From a virus (lineage: Duplodnaviria; Caudoviricetes): a stretch of 59,217 nucleotides of DNA. The position numbers were made by a program, and so were the translations under genes. The notes under the pieces are model-generated. The model saw only the letters and a program-made list of their open reading frames with translations. It was not told where the DNA came from and did not search any database. Shown here piece by piece: positions 46,861-56,382 of this stretch; position 1 is the first letter of the stretch; every line of letters starts with the position of its first letter. The DNA lies in IMG/VR virus record IMGVR_UViG_3300021088_000013, positions 1 through 59,217 of that record; one strand, 5' to 3'.

Positions 46861-47338
46861 AATCTGATGCTTGTCTTTCTGTTATGCGCATCATTTGCTC
46901 ATGCCAGCAACGCCATACATCAACCGCACCCTTACCGCCTTCCAGTAGGCGTGCATAAGCCTTCTCACCCAGAGCTACCTGGACAACCCTAGTGCGATGT
47001 GGAGGTTTAACCAAAGCGCCATCTTTTCGGTACGGTGTCTTCAGCTCACCTCGCCGCACTTCTTGCGGGACAATAGTGCCTGATGGAAGTGTCTGCTCTT
47101 TGAAAATAATGTCAGGCTCGCGATCATAAGATTCCATCTCGAACATCAATTCCTCGTATGCTTCTTGCTGCTCATCGTCGAGCATCCCCAGGTTAGGGTG
47201 TGGCGGAAGCTCTAGAATCGACCCGTCGCTCAGCTCTAGTGGGATAGATGAGAACATGCTGTCGTATGCGTCAGCCTGTTCCCGGGCTCGAACACCCGAA
47301 CCTGGGACTCTAGGTAGCTGTGATTCATGATTAGCCAT
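46847..47338 (-). CDS. tail assembly chaperone
   Basis: Position between major tail and tape measure; PPHPNL..LDD, PY.KDG.L.KPP. Confidence 0.85.
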   Translation of the reverse strand: MANHESQLPRVPGSGVRAREQADAYDSMFSSIPLELSDGSILELPPHPNLGMLDDEQQEAYEELMFEMESYDREPDIIFKEQTLPSGTIVPQEVRRGELKTPYRKDGALVKPPHRTRVVQVALGEKAYARLLEGGKGAVDVWRCWHEQMMRITERQASDSKSN

Positions 47339-47358
47339 GATGATTTATTCAGTTCCTC

Positions 47359-47484
47359 TCAGGAAGACAGGTCAGTAAATTGATTTGCCCATATAATCTG
47401 CTGATCGAATGGACATTCCCAGCACTCATTGAAAGTTCCAGTAAAATTCAATGACATAGCAGCTCCGCAGTTTGGGCAATGCAT
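47359..47484 (-). CDS. Zn-ribbon microprotein (41 aa)
   Basis: Hand-translated MHCPNCGAAMS...CWECPFD; TAATG-coupled to the major tail gene. Confidence 0.5.
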   Translation of the reverse strand: MHCPNCGAAMSLNFTGTFNECWECPFDQQIIWANQFTDLSS

Positions 47485-48308
47485 TAGCTACCGTGCTCAT
47501 ACATAGACGCCCACGCGCCGCCGCCGACCCAGTTCGCATAGAACGAGTTCACCAACTGACCAGAATCCGGATCAGTCGGGTCGATGTCAGTGAAGAACGG
47601 ATCCGGCAACGCCGTAAACGTCAACGGACCCGCGTCAGGGTCAGTCTTTGACCGCTTCTCGTTGCCGATGTCCGTCAGCTTGACCATGGGGTAACCCTCA
47701 ACGGAATACACATATGAGTCGCCGCGCTGCCGGGCGAACACACACAGGATCTGCCGGTCAGGGCTGTCGTAGTCGATCGGCTTAGAGATCACATAGTTGG
47801 GCTCACCGACGTCCTCCACGATCGAATACGTTCCGGTGGGATCCATTAGCGGCAAGTTCATACGGAGACGCTGCAGTGCTGGCCGGTATTTCTCGATCGC
47901 GTTGAACTGAATAGTGATTCCCTCACCCGTCAGATCAGTGTCGAACGGGAAGTTCGACTGCAAAATCATCTGATCGTCGTGCTTGATGGCTGGCTTACGA
48001 TCAGGACCACCCTTTTCATCGAAAGCACCGGCACGCCACCACCCCTCATTTGGCTCAGTGTTGATAAACCACTCACCGTCAATCAACACATCAGCAAACA
48101 AGTCAGTTCGCAGCTGACCATCCAGTGCAAAGGGGCTCCAGTTGCGTACGGGGCTAGGCGAACCGGCTACCCAGGGGGATATATTTGTATTCGCGCCGTT
48201 ATAGTCACGGAATAAGACCGCAGCTAACGGTCCTCTATCATAGAACCTATTATCAACTTGGCCGTAGCCTGCATTCTGGAAAGTGTTACCAGTGGATGGG
48301 ATAGCCAT
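47484..48308 (-). CDS. major tail protein
   Basis: WSPFALDGQLR.DL, ILQSNFPFD; synteny. Confidence 0.85.
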   Translation of the reverse strand: MAIPSTGNTFQNAGYGQVDNRFYDRGPLAAVLFRDYNGANTNISPWVAGSPSPVRNWSPFALDGQLRTDLFADVLIDGEWFINTEPNEGWWRAGAFDEKGGPDRKPAIKHDDQMILQSNFPFDTDLTGEGITIQFNAIEKYRPALQRLRMNLPLMDPTGTYSIVEDVGEPNYVISKPIDYDSPDRQILCVFARQRGDSYVYSVEGYPMVKLTDIGNEKRSKTDPDAGPLTFTALPDPFFTDIDPTDPDSGQLVNSFYANWVGGGAWASMYEHGS

Positions 48309-48310
48309 TA

Positions 48311-48601
48311 TTATTCGCCTTTCTTGGAAGCTTCTACATTACTACCAGTAGGCTCCGGTTCTGTTTCGCGGAGCTTGATTTCATGATCTAATAGAGCAAG
48401 TGGGTCAACGTATGACGCCAGTGCGCCGTACTTTTCCTCGATGGATTGTTTAGGTACTTTCGGCGCTTTGGTGACCTTGATGCGACGCACCAAATATGCC
48501 GCCACATGGTCATCTAGCTCGACCACATCGCCGACACGGTGGTAGTGCGGTTCACCATTAGCCACGTATTTACACGGCTTGGTCACCAAATAAAACGTCA
48601 T
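48311..48601 (-). CDS. hypothetical protein
   Basis: ORF before the major tail gene. Confidence 0.6.
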   Translation of the reverse strand: MTFYLVTKPCKYVANGEPHYHRVGDVVELDDHVAAYLVRRIKVTKAPKVPKQSIEEKYGALASYVDPLALLDHEIKLRETEPEPTGSNVEASKKGE

Positions 48602-49430
48602 CTTCCTCCTTCAGATACTCGATACCGATCTTTCCGTACTGGTCTCGCCACTGCTCTACCTGGGCAACAGTGAGGTTCTGCGGTCCGAAACTTAAATGCG
48701 CGCACGTGAATCCAGTGTAGATGGATCGAGGGAACATATTCACTGCGCCTTCATCTCCCACCCGGTCCCGAATGGTAAATGTTCGTCCCGCTATCTCACG
48801 CGGAGAAGGTGTCGACAAACGATCGGAAATGAGCTTTCCCATCTCATAGGTGTAACCTATGCAGTTGATTGATAACCAATCTTCCGTGGGGATAAGCTCG
48901 GGAGCTTCTGTTAGCATGTCACGCCAATGCTCAAAGAAACATCCATGAGCGAGTTCAGCTGTCCACCGGTGTAGATGCCAGTCAAGTAGCCGATCTCCAG
49001 TAGCTTCGAATTCGCGCCATATCGGCTGCGTTCGAGCGCATGCCCCGTTATTGATCACCTGTGCAGAAATAACGGTGTTAGGGTTTTCCTGTATTGTGTT
49101 AACAAACTCTGAGAATTTATCGGTCTGTAAAAATATCACATCATCATCTATTTTAACAAATAGCGCATTTTGATAATGAGCATGAGTGTAATGCTGATAC
49201 ACCATATTGTATCCATTACGATGCGGCCGAGTTCGAAAGAATTGATTATGTACAGTAATCCGATCACCGGCAATCGTCTTTATGTAGAAGTAGTCGACAT
49301 GCTGACGCGCTAAATTCCAAGCATGAAATTGAACTTCTGGATTCTCAGCTAAAATCCTACGAATCAACGGAAGTTGTAAATCAATGTTAGCTTGACGTCC
49401 CCAAAATGTATACAGAATAACAGGTTTCAT
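48570..49430 (-). CDS. glycosyltransferase (GT-A, DxD)
   Basis: TFWGR...FVKIDDDVIF...VINNG...LSINCI...GDE...HLSFGPQ. Confidence 0.8.
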   Translation of the reverse strand: MKPVILYTFWGRQANIDLQLPLIRRILAENPEVQFHAWNLARQHVDYFYIKTIAGDRITVHNQFFRTRPHRNGYNMVYQHYTHAHYQNALFVKIDDDVIFLQTDKFSEFVNTIQENPNTVISAQVINNGACARTQPIWREFEATGDRLLDWHLHRWTAELAHGCFFEHWRDMLTEAPELIPTEDWLSINCIGYTYEMGKLISDRLSTPSPREIAGRTFTIRDRVGDEGAVNMFPRSIYTGFTCAHLSFGPQNLTVAQVEQWRDQYGKIGIEYLKEEDDVLFGDQAV

Positions 49431-49867
49431 GCTACATCATTCCATAGATATGGGAGACCCATTTTATACCTTCCGACTTTACGTAGAATTGTCACATCTT
49501 CATAGTCACGCCACACCGGATATTGAAACGGCTTTAAGTATTCTACACACACCAGACTACCGTCTGGCATTGTCACTGGACCTAAAGTCCACGCCAACTC
49601 GAGCATCCGATCATGTGTCATTTGCGCCTCTTCAGCAGCGGCTGCATAACCAAGACTAACGTCGCACAGTGTGTGCACTGACACAAGCGGCTCATCTTCC
49701 CTGATCCAAAAATTTTCATCGCCGCCGATCCTAGTAACCAGCGTGAACGGCAACGGATCACCGGTGCGAAATGCAACTCCACTACGCCTCACCGGAGCCA
49801 ACCAAGCCGCTACTAGCATCTCCGCATCTGGGGCATGCATATGGAATAACGAAGGCGGAGTTGGCAT
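49427..49867 (-). CDS. tail terminator
   Basis: APDAE..VAAWL.P...GDPLPF.LV.RI.G; synteny. Confidence 0.8.
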   Translation of the reverse strand: MPTPPSLFHMHAPDAEMLVAAWLAPVRRSGVAFRTGDPLPFTLVTRIGGDENFWIREDEPLVSVHTLCDVSLGYAAAAEEAQMTHDRMLELAWTLGPVTMPDGSLVCVEYLKPFQYPVWRDYEDVTILRKVGRYKMGLPYLWNDVA

Positions 49868-49869
49868 TT

Positions 49870-50289
49870 TTAGTCGATCTTTATGCCAGTTTCGTGTGCG
49901 TCATGTTCAACCTCTACAGTACCGCCATAGTGGTCTGCCGTCTGAGAAAACACGCCAAACTCAGGCATCTTACTTGTACCAAATTCAAGAAGGTTGGCTA
50001 TCGGTGATCTTGTGATGACCCGTGCGGCAGGCATCGGTACCTCAAACCCCTCCGATTTCTTTGGCCCCGTTTCCTCTGCATGGATAGAATCACGGTAGGA
50101 TCCTGGTGTCGCACGAGGATCGTCCCCGTGATACACCGGGGCTATCGAACGGGCATACCCTGCAGCTTCACGAGCAACCCTTATAACCTCTTCATGGATT
50201 TCATCAACTGGCATAAGGGATCTTATCTCGGCAGCTATCTGCATCTCTGTGTGTGCCACTGCATCTCCTAAATCGACGACGCTTGCCAC
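49870..50289 (-). CDS. HK97 gp10-like neck protein
   Basis: ARSIAPV...G.YRDSI...LEFGTSKMP. Confidence 0.75.
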   Translation of the reverse strand: MASVVDLGDAVAHTEMQIAAEIRSLMPVDEIHEEVIRVAREAAGYARSIAPVYHGDDPRATPGSYRDSIHAEETGPKKSEGFEVPMPAARVITRSPIANLLEFGTSKMPEFGVFSQTADHYGGTVEVEHDAHETGIKID

Positions 50290-50663
50290 TCACTGATGAC
50301 AGTAACCTTGTACTGACGCCCTATAGCGTCAGTAGTCGGATGAGATCCTGAAATCACCTGATAGGTCTGCCCATCCACCATCAGCGCGTCGTTTGGTTGG
50401 ATAGACATGACTGCATCGTGATTTGTTCTATTAACCGGAAATGTCGATTTCCACCAGTTAGTGGAAACGCCAACACCAATCTCTGTCGTTTTCTCGGATC
50501 TAGCCTCCCCGGCGCCGCGGGCAGCCGCCGGAACGATAGGGCGATGCCTACATCCTGTGATAACACCGATAGGTAGTGGAGTGATAACAGCTGCCCCTAA
50601 ATCATCAACACCGGTCTGCTCGCGCCTAAGAATGGTAATGGTTTGACCACCAAATCCAGTCAC
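50268..50663 (-). CDS. head-to-tail stopper
   Basis: GCRHRP...VDGQTYQV; synteny. Confidence 0.75.
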   Translation of the reverse strand: MTGFGGQTITILRREQTGVDDLGAAVITPLPIGVITGCRHRPIVPAAARGAGEARSEKTTEIGVGVSTNWWKSTFPVNRTNHDAVMSIQPNDALMVDGQTYQVISGSHPTTDAIGRQYKVTVISEWQASSI

Positions 50664-50827
50664 CGCTTGCCGCCAACGACCAAATGATGCGTTGTGTATT
50701 CACGACATCCATGGCACAAGGCGTGCCCGCGGTGATTAACCCACTTGGCCGGCACCTTATGGCCTTTCTTGGTGTAGCAAATAACACATACATGAGTAAA
50801 TGGCCCAGGGGGTAGTGGTGTTATCAT
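50660..50827 (-). CDS. Zn-finger microprotein (55 aa)
   Basis: Hand-translated ...CVIC...ALCHGCREYTTH; GTGA-coupled to the stopper gene. Confidence 0.55.
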   Translation of the reverse strand: MITPLPPGPFTHVCVICYTKKGHKVPAKWVNHRGHALCHGCREYTTHHLVVGGKR

Positions 50828-50828
50828 T

Positions 50829-51482
50829 TCAGGCTCCTAGGCTACGAATGAGCCGATACTTATCCAAAATAGTCGACACGGATGGAAGCAGTGGTGTCGG
50901 ATTCCACTTATAAACAGCATCATCAGTCGTCTTAGAAAGCAAACCAGATCCGGGATGACCCATGATTGCCATTTCTGACATTTGATCCACCAGGGTGAGA
51001 ATTGCTTGACGCCAATCAGCCGCTTCATCCGGCGTATAGCCGTGATCCATAGTAATCACAATTCCGGAAGGTCGATGTGTCCAATGACCACAGTGACGAA
51101 TTAGAATCTCACAGTTACGATTCCAGTTGTCCTGAGCCGAAATAACAATCTTACTCAAATCAAGAGTAACACCATTTTCAACAATAGAATCAAGTGTCAC
51201 AACCTTCTGAGTGGGCAGCGTCAACCTGTGCGAAGTCATGCCGCCATAACCGAACCCCCAACCACCATATCCACCATATCCGTAGCCCCAGTTATATCCA
51301 CCATGGTGTGGACCATTCATAGTCAAAACATCACCTGTGTACACAGGAGAAACATGCCAGCCAACCTCTCGGCGCGTGGCCGAGAGGGTTGCCGACAACA
51401 TTCTTGCCGTCTCCGGATCACTAGCCGCCAAACGCCCACTGGTATAAGAATCGACGTCCGCAGCGGTGAGCTCACCAGTCAC
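50829..51482 (-). CDS. head-to-tail adaptor
   Basis: RREVGWHVSPV...LTLPT...HGY; contains a GY/GW-rich insert. Confidence 0.8.
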   Translation of the reverse strand: MTGELTAADVDSYTSGRLAASDPETARMLSATLSATRREVGWHVSPVYTGDVLTMNGPHHGGYNWGYGYGGYGGWGFGYGGMTSHRLTLPTQKVVTLDSIVENGVTLDLSKIVISAQDNWNRNCEILIRHCGHWTHRPSGIVITMDHGYTPDEAADWRQAILTLVDQMSEMAIMGHPGSGLLSKTTDDAVYKWNPTPLLPSVSTILDKYRLIRSLGA

Positions 51483-51491
51483 AAAATAATC

Positions 51492-51851
51492 CTAAACGTG
51501 GACGCATTGCCAGGTGATCGATGACGCACCAGGATTATCTACAACAGTGCCACCCACAGCAGTAGGCCACGTTGGTTCCGTAGACGCCGCAGAAGTTCCA
51601 CCATCCAATGCCACAAAAACAGCACCGTAGGCCGTTCCTGTCTTTTGCGACACGTAGGCACCAGCAGCATATACCGTAGCAGTAGCCCATGCTGCGGGCT
51701 CCGAAAAACTAAGTGCGCGCCCCAAGTAATCCTTGCTGCCAGTTAAGATATGACGACCAAGAAAATCATGAGTATCGCTAGTACCAGGATGCGCATTCTG
51801 CAACCACCTACCAAGATGATCCTTGCGCTTAGTCGTCGTAACAGTAGCCAT
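51492..51851 (-). CDS. virion protein with CBM5/12-like module
   Basis: D.LGR repeated three times; WATATVYAAGAYV...EPTWP...WQC. Confidence 0.65.
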   Translation of the reverse strand: MATVTTTKRKDHLGRWLQNAHPGTSDTHDFLGRHILTGSKDYLGRALSFSEPAAWATATVYAAGAYVSQKTGTAYGAVFVALDGGTSAASTEPTWPTAVGGTVVDNPGASSITWQCVHV

Positions 51852-52234
51852 TAGTGACCAGTATCCTTCCGTGGGCGTCCCGGTCCCCGCTTAGGGGGAA
51901 TAGGAGACGGTTTAGGTTCAATAACTTCGCCAGGGTGCGCATCGTTAGGTCTAACTCCGACCTGACCTGCACCCTGATCTACGCCGTCAACTTCCACTTT
52001 TACGTGTCCATCAAACGGATTAGGAATTACCGGTTCTGGGGTGAACTCCTCTGGCTGCAAGATGGGGCCATCCCCCACTGCATGGGGTTCCGAGGATTCC
52101 GCTTTGGCACTGGCTTCGGCCCGGGCTATCTCCTCCCGGGCCTCTGCCAACTCACGCTCGGCAGCCTCGGCCTCATATCTAGCTAGTTGAGCCCAATGAA
52201 TGGACCCAACAGCTTGGCCTCGGCTGATTATCAT
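51851..52234 (-). CDS. hypothetical protein with C-terminal AT-hook
   Basis: KRGPGRPRK. Confidence 0.65.
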   Translation of the reverse strand: MIISRGQAVGSIHWAQLARYEAEAAERELAEAREEIARAEASAKAESSEPHAVGDGPILQPEEFTPEPVIPNPFDGHVKVEVDGVDQGAGQVGVRPNDAHPGEVIEPKPSPIPPKRGPGRPRKDTGH

Positions 52235-53472
52235 GTGTGCGGGAACAATGGAATAATGCCAGCAGAGTTAATCACCAGCGGGCAGAAGTAGCCAGCATAC
52301 GCTACCTGCACACCCATCACTGATGGCTCAACAACCTGCAAACAACCAACACGCTGTTCATACGCCTCGATCGCAGCCGTGCTGAATACAGCGGCCTGCT
52401 CTGAGCCTAGCCCAGCTGACATAACTGTCGGCAACCCGGCGATAGTGCCCATAACTCCCTGACGGAAATTACCGGCATCGAATCCGGTACCCCATTGCTG
52501 GAACACGCCATAAGGCGCGAACAGCGGAGCGAAGGTTTGCAGCACCGACGGGGACACGGCCAAAACAACCTTACCTTGACCGCGTGTGGCCAAGTACACC
52601 TGACCAGCAGCTTCCCATAATGCTGCGGCAAGCTCCTGCTGGGTAGGGGTATCCGGATATGTTACCGGAGTTGTTCCGACGCCCATTAGCGCAGTCCCGG
52701 TAGCCGCCTCAGTTTCGATAGCGTACTGAGCTGCCAGATCATTGATAATCACATCCCAAATCTGTGGTTGTGAGAAATCAACGGCCTGCTTCGAAACGTT
52801 GACATAACCGCCATAGGTGACTGCGGTGCCGGTTACCCGACCCAGCACCAACTTCTGGCTTACCATCTCCGTCTTCTCGTCACCAGCACCCCCAGCGACG
52901 CCCTGAGCAGCCGCAGCAGTGTGCTGAGTAACTAGCGGACGATGCCACGTTTGGTACGGCATCGGACGAGCACCGAGTTGCACAACCAGAGGACGTGCAG
53001 CATCGATGAAGTCGATTACTGGACCGACGATCGGGTCGGGGATAACACCTGACTCGTCAGGGGTAGTTATATGCGCAGCTGCACGCATATACATTTCAAG
53101 ACGGTCTCCAGACTCACGGTTACCCATGGCTGACTTGTACATGTCCATGGCATAGGCCCCGGCCGACCGGTACTCAACAGCGCCAACCTGTCGACCCTTC
53201 ATCGAGTCGATAGCCTGACCCACCTGGCGGGCACGTGCGCTGGACTCGAAAGATACCCGAGAAATGTCCTCGATTGTTTCGAGCTGGCCCTTGATAGTTT
53301 CCATTCTGCCGCGTGTTTCACCTATCAGGACTTTCTCATCATCTGATAGATCACGCTCTGACGACTGCGCCCGGGAGACGATTTCGTTGGCGAAGTTTTG
53401 CTTCTCCTGTAGCTCAGTTTCGAGCCGGCGAATCATCTCGTCATTGGCGGCGGCGTTACTGCCCTGCCTCAT
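52231..53472 (-). CDS. major capsid protein (HK97 fold, N-terminal delta domain)
   Basis: Coiled-coil N-terminus; YGGYVNVSKQAVD...DLAAQYA; AGGAG SD. Confidence 0.9.
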   Translation of the reverse strand: MRQGSNAAANDEMIRRLETELQEKQNFANEIVSRAQSSERDLSDDEKVLIGETRGRMETIKGQLETIEDISRVSFESSARARQVGQAIDSMKGRQVGAVEYRSAGAYAMDMYKSAMGNRESGDRLEMYMRAAAHITTPDESGVIPDPIVGPVIDFIDAARPLVVQLGARPMPYQTWHRPLVTQHTAAAAQGVAGGAGDEKTEMVSQKLVLGRVTGTAVTYGGYVNVSKQAVDFSQPQIWDVIINDLAAQYAIETEAATGTALMGVGTTPVTYPDTPTQQELAAALWEAAGQVYLATRGQGKVVLAVSPSVLQTFAPLFAPYGVFQQWGTGFDAGNFRQGVMGTIAGLPTVMSAGLGSEQAAVFSTAAIEAYEQRVGCLQVVEPSVMGVQVAYAGYFCPLVINSAGIIPLFPHT

Positions 53473-53511
53473 GATTGCTCCTTTTGTTAAGATGGCATGA
53501 CGAACTGGATT

Positions 53512-53567
53512 AGCCCTCTCGGCCAGCGAATCAGCCCTCTCGGCTAGCGGAGCCCTCTCGGCCAGCG
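53512..53567 (-). repeat. Three 17-bp direct repeats, each forming a GAGAG-loop hairpin
   Basis: CGCT(G/A)GCCGAGAGGGCT at 53512, 53533 and 53551, in the capsid leader. Confidence 0.85.
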
Positions 53568-53599
53568 AACATCTACCAACTAATGGTAGATGATTAAGT

Positions 53600-54235
53600 C
53601 TATTCGAACCTCTTAGCAGCCCAACCGAATATTGGGTCAGCTAAGTATTCATCAATAGCAGGAGTGATGATAGGAGGTAGGGTCGCTGCATCAACAGCTC
53701 GACCAGAGTCACGAACCCCTAAAATTTTTGCTCCAGCATAAGCTGGCTGAGGAACAAAAGCCAAATGGTCTAGGAATGCCCGGTTAATCCTGCGCGTCAT
53801 CGACCGGCGGTCCAGCCTGTGGTCTGCTGGCCGCGCCATGAACCCCACGCTGGGGGAGAGCGCATCATCCAAGGCTAACTGTAGTGTTTCGTCGCCGGCC
53901 GGAGTATTAGAAATTCTGACATCCAACCCTAGGCCGTCGGGGTGCCCCGGAAATGCTACTGCTACTTTACCAACCAAATGACCACCATCATGGCCTACGT
54001 TCGGGGTATGAAGCACTGCAGTGACCGGTATGCGCCGCTGCCGATTTTCGATGCCGTCGAAACTTCCGCGGGTGAAAATTTCGTTCCACACTTCATTTCG
54101 ATACTCAACCCTAGTCGACTGTTCCCATGGAACAGCGATGATAGAGATGATTCTCTCCTCGAAATCGACATTATTTACAGCCGCAGCTGCGCGTTCCTCC
54201 ACTACGGAATAGCTGTCATCATCAATATTTGTCAT
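53600..54235 (-). CDS. capsid maturation protease (HK97 type)
   Basis: EIFTRGSF...GHD..LVG...SVGF...PAYAGAKI. Confidence 0.85.
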   Translation of the reverse strand: MTNIDDDSYSVVEERAAAAVNNVDFEERIISIIAVPWEQSTRVEYRNEVWNEIFTRGSFDGIENRQRRIPVTAVLHTPNVGHDGGHLVGKVAVAFPGHPDGLGLDVRISNTPAGDETLQLALDDALSPSVGFMARPADHRLDRRSMTRRINRAFLDHLAFVPQPAYAGAKILGVRDSGRAVDAATLPPIITPAIDEYLADPIFGWAAKRFE

Positions 54236-54242
54236 TTCCGCC

Positions 54243-54758
54243 TCACCACGGACTAAACGGGTTTATCACTGGCTGGAAAGAACGATGCTCCATAGATGCG
54301 CCTGCCATACTCTTTAGTGAATCGGGTGGCTCATCTCCGATCTGCGAATACAAACGCAATAGTGCCCTAGCAGCAGTTGCTCGCTTATCTGGAGAGATTC
54401 CCTGGACCTGGTTAAGCCGCGCAGCTGCAGCATGCACACCATTCTTATTAACCGCACCACCCGGCTCACGAACCGGCAAACTGTATCGACTCTTATCTGC
54501 CGGATCACCGGTACCACGATCAATAAGGCACGCTCGGCGCCACTGTTCCGGACTATAGTCCGATGGAGCATAGTTTCCCCATGGTGAATCCGATGCGCGC
54601 TCACCGGTCTCCAATTCCTGACTAGCATACAAAGCAGCCAGGGCAGCATCTGCATCTGGGCGAGACGAATGACATGACACCATTACATTGTTAGCTTGAT
54701 TCACCACCGCGTAGGGTCTAATGACAGGGCAGCGCGGATCCGCCCTAACCGTCCATGG
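54243..54758 (-). CDS. head-module hypothetical protein
   Basis: SCH...A..AL.ALYA N-terminal motif plus YSLPVREP..VNKNGVHAAAARL domain. Confidence 0.7.
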   Translation of the reverse strand, partial: PWTVRADPRCPVIRPYAVVNQANNVMVSCHSSRPDADAALAALYASQELETGERASDSPWGNYAPSDYSPEQWRRACLIDRGTGDPADKSRYSLPVREPGGAVNKNGVHAAAARLNQVQGISPDKRATAARALLRLYSQIGDEPPDSLKSMAGASMEHRSFQPVINPFSPW

Positions 54759-54760
54759 CA

Positions 54761-56089
54761 TCAATTCATTCCCTTCGAAAAACCGTTTCGCGCCGGTTGG
54801 CCGTTAGATACGGGCTGAGGTTTAGGCTGTGCATTAGTAACGTCATCCACGCCAGTCAGCTGACTGGCTGCTGTTGGCTCGTCGGAGTATCTCTCCATTG
54901 CCCTGATCTCCGGAGCGGTGATAGCGCCGATCTCATACAAAATTTTGTACGCCTGAGCACGCTCATATAAACCAGGGCGTATATATTCATCAGCGTTTAC
55001 CTCGACAATCTGACCACGCGGCAACGCCCAGTTCGACAAGGCCCCCATAACTGCAGCAGTCATGGGCCTCAAGCCAGCACGGAAGTGGTGATCAAACAGC
55101 GACGTCGCATTCGCATATGTCATCGACGACCCAGCAGCCGCCGACAAGCCCAGAAGGAACGGAGGTACCTTCAACGTCACCGCAATACGTGCCTCAGTGA
55201 ACTGGGAAATCTCAATCAACGTCATATCACGAGCAGACATCGACTGAGTCTGATTCAACTTCATCCCACCAGCTACCAACGCTGGCTCACCCGCGTGGCG
55301 CACTCGGGATTCTACCCATAGCCCTAGTAGATTATCGGCTTCGTCTTGGGTCATATTTCGATCCACGCCGAACCAATAATGCGGTATCCCGCCAGTCTGG
55401 GCTATCCGATCGCCGTACTTCTGCAGCAACCCAGCTGTAACCATCCTGGCACCCGCAGCCTCGAGCGGAGAGTGCCCATGTGCATCAGCAGTGTTGCTGA
55501 TGTTCCGAATGTGTAGTATTTCTTCAGTAACATTAATACCACCTAGATGGTATTCACGAGTGCCCTCTATTAGCTCTACGTTCATCAGCCACGGGGGCAC
55601 CACACGAAACGTCAACGGATTCCCGTCAGCTGCCGTAGACATCGGTAGAACAAATGCCTCGCCCATCTGGTAATCCCAGAACAGTTGCTTAGCGAACTCT
55701 TCCCAGGACGTATAAATCGTGGGATCTGGATTGACCAACCAGCCTGGAGGTGGTAAAATATTGCCATTTTTCAGCCGATATGCGGGTAAACTCGACAAAA
55801 TCGACGCATTCAGGTCGATTGCGGCCCATGCGGTATCGACAAGAGCCGACAACCCCATCTGCGACGATGACCAGTACATCGGCGTCGACCAAGCCCCGGG
55901 CCACCCAGACCACGGTGAAGGCTGAGGAAACGGCAATGACCGTGAATACGTTGGCCCGAAATCAATCTCCGCACCACACGGATCACCGGGACTAACCCCT
56001 GTGCCACCACCTACATCCGCAGGCGCATTAGTGTTCGGCGTCTCACCGTCATAATTTGGCTGGCCGGTAAGCCACCCCCAAAAACTCAT
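54761..56089 (-). CDS. portal protein (HK97 family)
   Basis: GEAFV...ILHIR...GHSPLE...IAVTLKVPPFLLG...TYAN...EIRAME. Confidence 0.92.
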   Translation of the reverse strand: MSFWGWLTGQPNYDGETPNTNAPADVGGGTGVSPGDPCGAEIDFGPTYSRSLPFPQPSPWSGWPGAWSTPMYWSSSQMGLSALVDTAWAAIDLNASILSSLPAYRLKNGNILPPPGWLVNPDPTIYTSWEEFAKQLFWDYQMGEAFVLPMSTAADGNPLTFRVVPPWLMNVELIEGTREYHLGGINVTEEILHIRNISNTADAHGHSPLEAAGARMVTAGLLQKYGDRIAQTGGIPHYWFGVDRNMTQDEADNLLGLWVESRVRHAGEPALVAGGMKLNQTQSMSARDMTLIEISQFTEARIAVTLKVPPFLLGLSAAAGSSMTYANATSLFDHHFRAGLRPMTAAVMGALSNWALPRGQIVEVNADEYIRPGLYERAQAYKILYEIGAITAPEIRAMERYSDEPTAASQLTGVDDVTNAQPKPQPVSNGQPARNGFSKGMN

Positions 56090-56224
56090 TTACCAGCGGA
56101 CCTCTGGAATTTCCGGCTTGTCCTCGAGACCAAAAGGCTCAGGAGCCGGAGGCAGGTCGGGCTGCGTCACATAGTTATCACGCGTAGCCTCCGGAAGACC
56201 AAAACCGGGGTCAGGACTGCTCAT
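56090..56224 (-). CDS. microprotein (44 aa), PFGLEDKP motif
   Basis: Hand-translated MSSPDPGFG...PEPFGLEDKPEIPEVRW; AAAGGGA SD. Confidence 0.65.
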   Translation of the reverse strand: MSSPDPGFGLPEATRDNYVTQPDLPPAPEPFGLEDKPEIPEVRW

Positions 56225-56382
56225 AATATTCCCTTTCTATTTAACTCATCGAGGAAATTATCCCCTAGCTTTTTGGCTTGAGATGCCGATATATTAAGAC
56301 AGTTTCTATTAATTGGCATAAGATCTTTATCTGGTGAACCTTCTATTAGGCCATCATTTGCATAAGTACCTTTATTTATCAT
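56221..56382 (-). CDS. microprotein (53 aa)
   Basis: Hand-translated MINKGTYAND...LNRKGIL; stop/start-coupled on both sides. Confidence 0.5.
   Translation of the reverse strand: MINKGTYANDGLIEGSPDKDLMPINRNCLNISASQAKKLGDNFLDELNRKGIL

Noticed and set aside
53512-53567. Direct repeats as a CRISPR array
   Set aside because: Spacers are only 1-4 nt.
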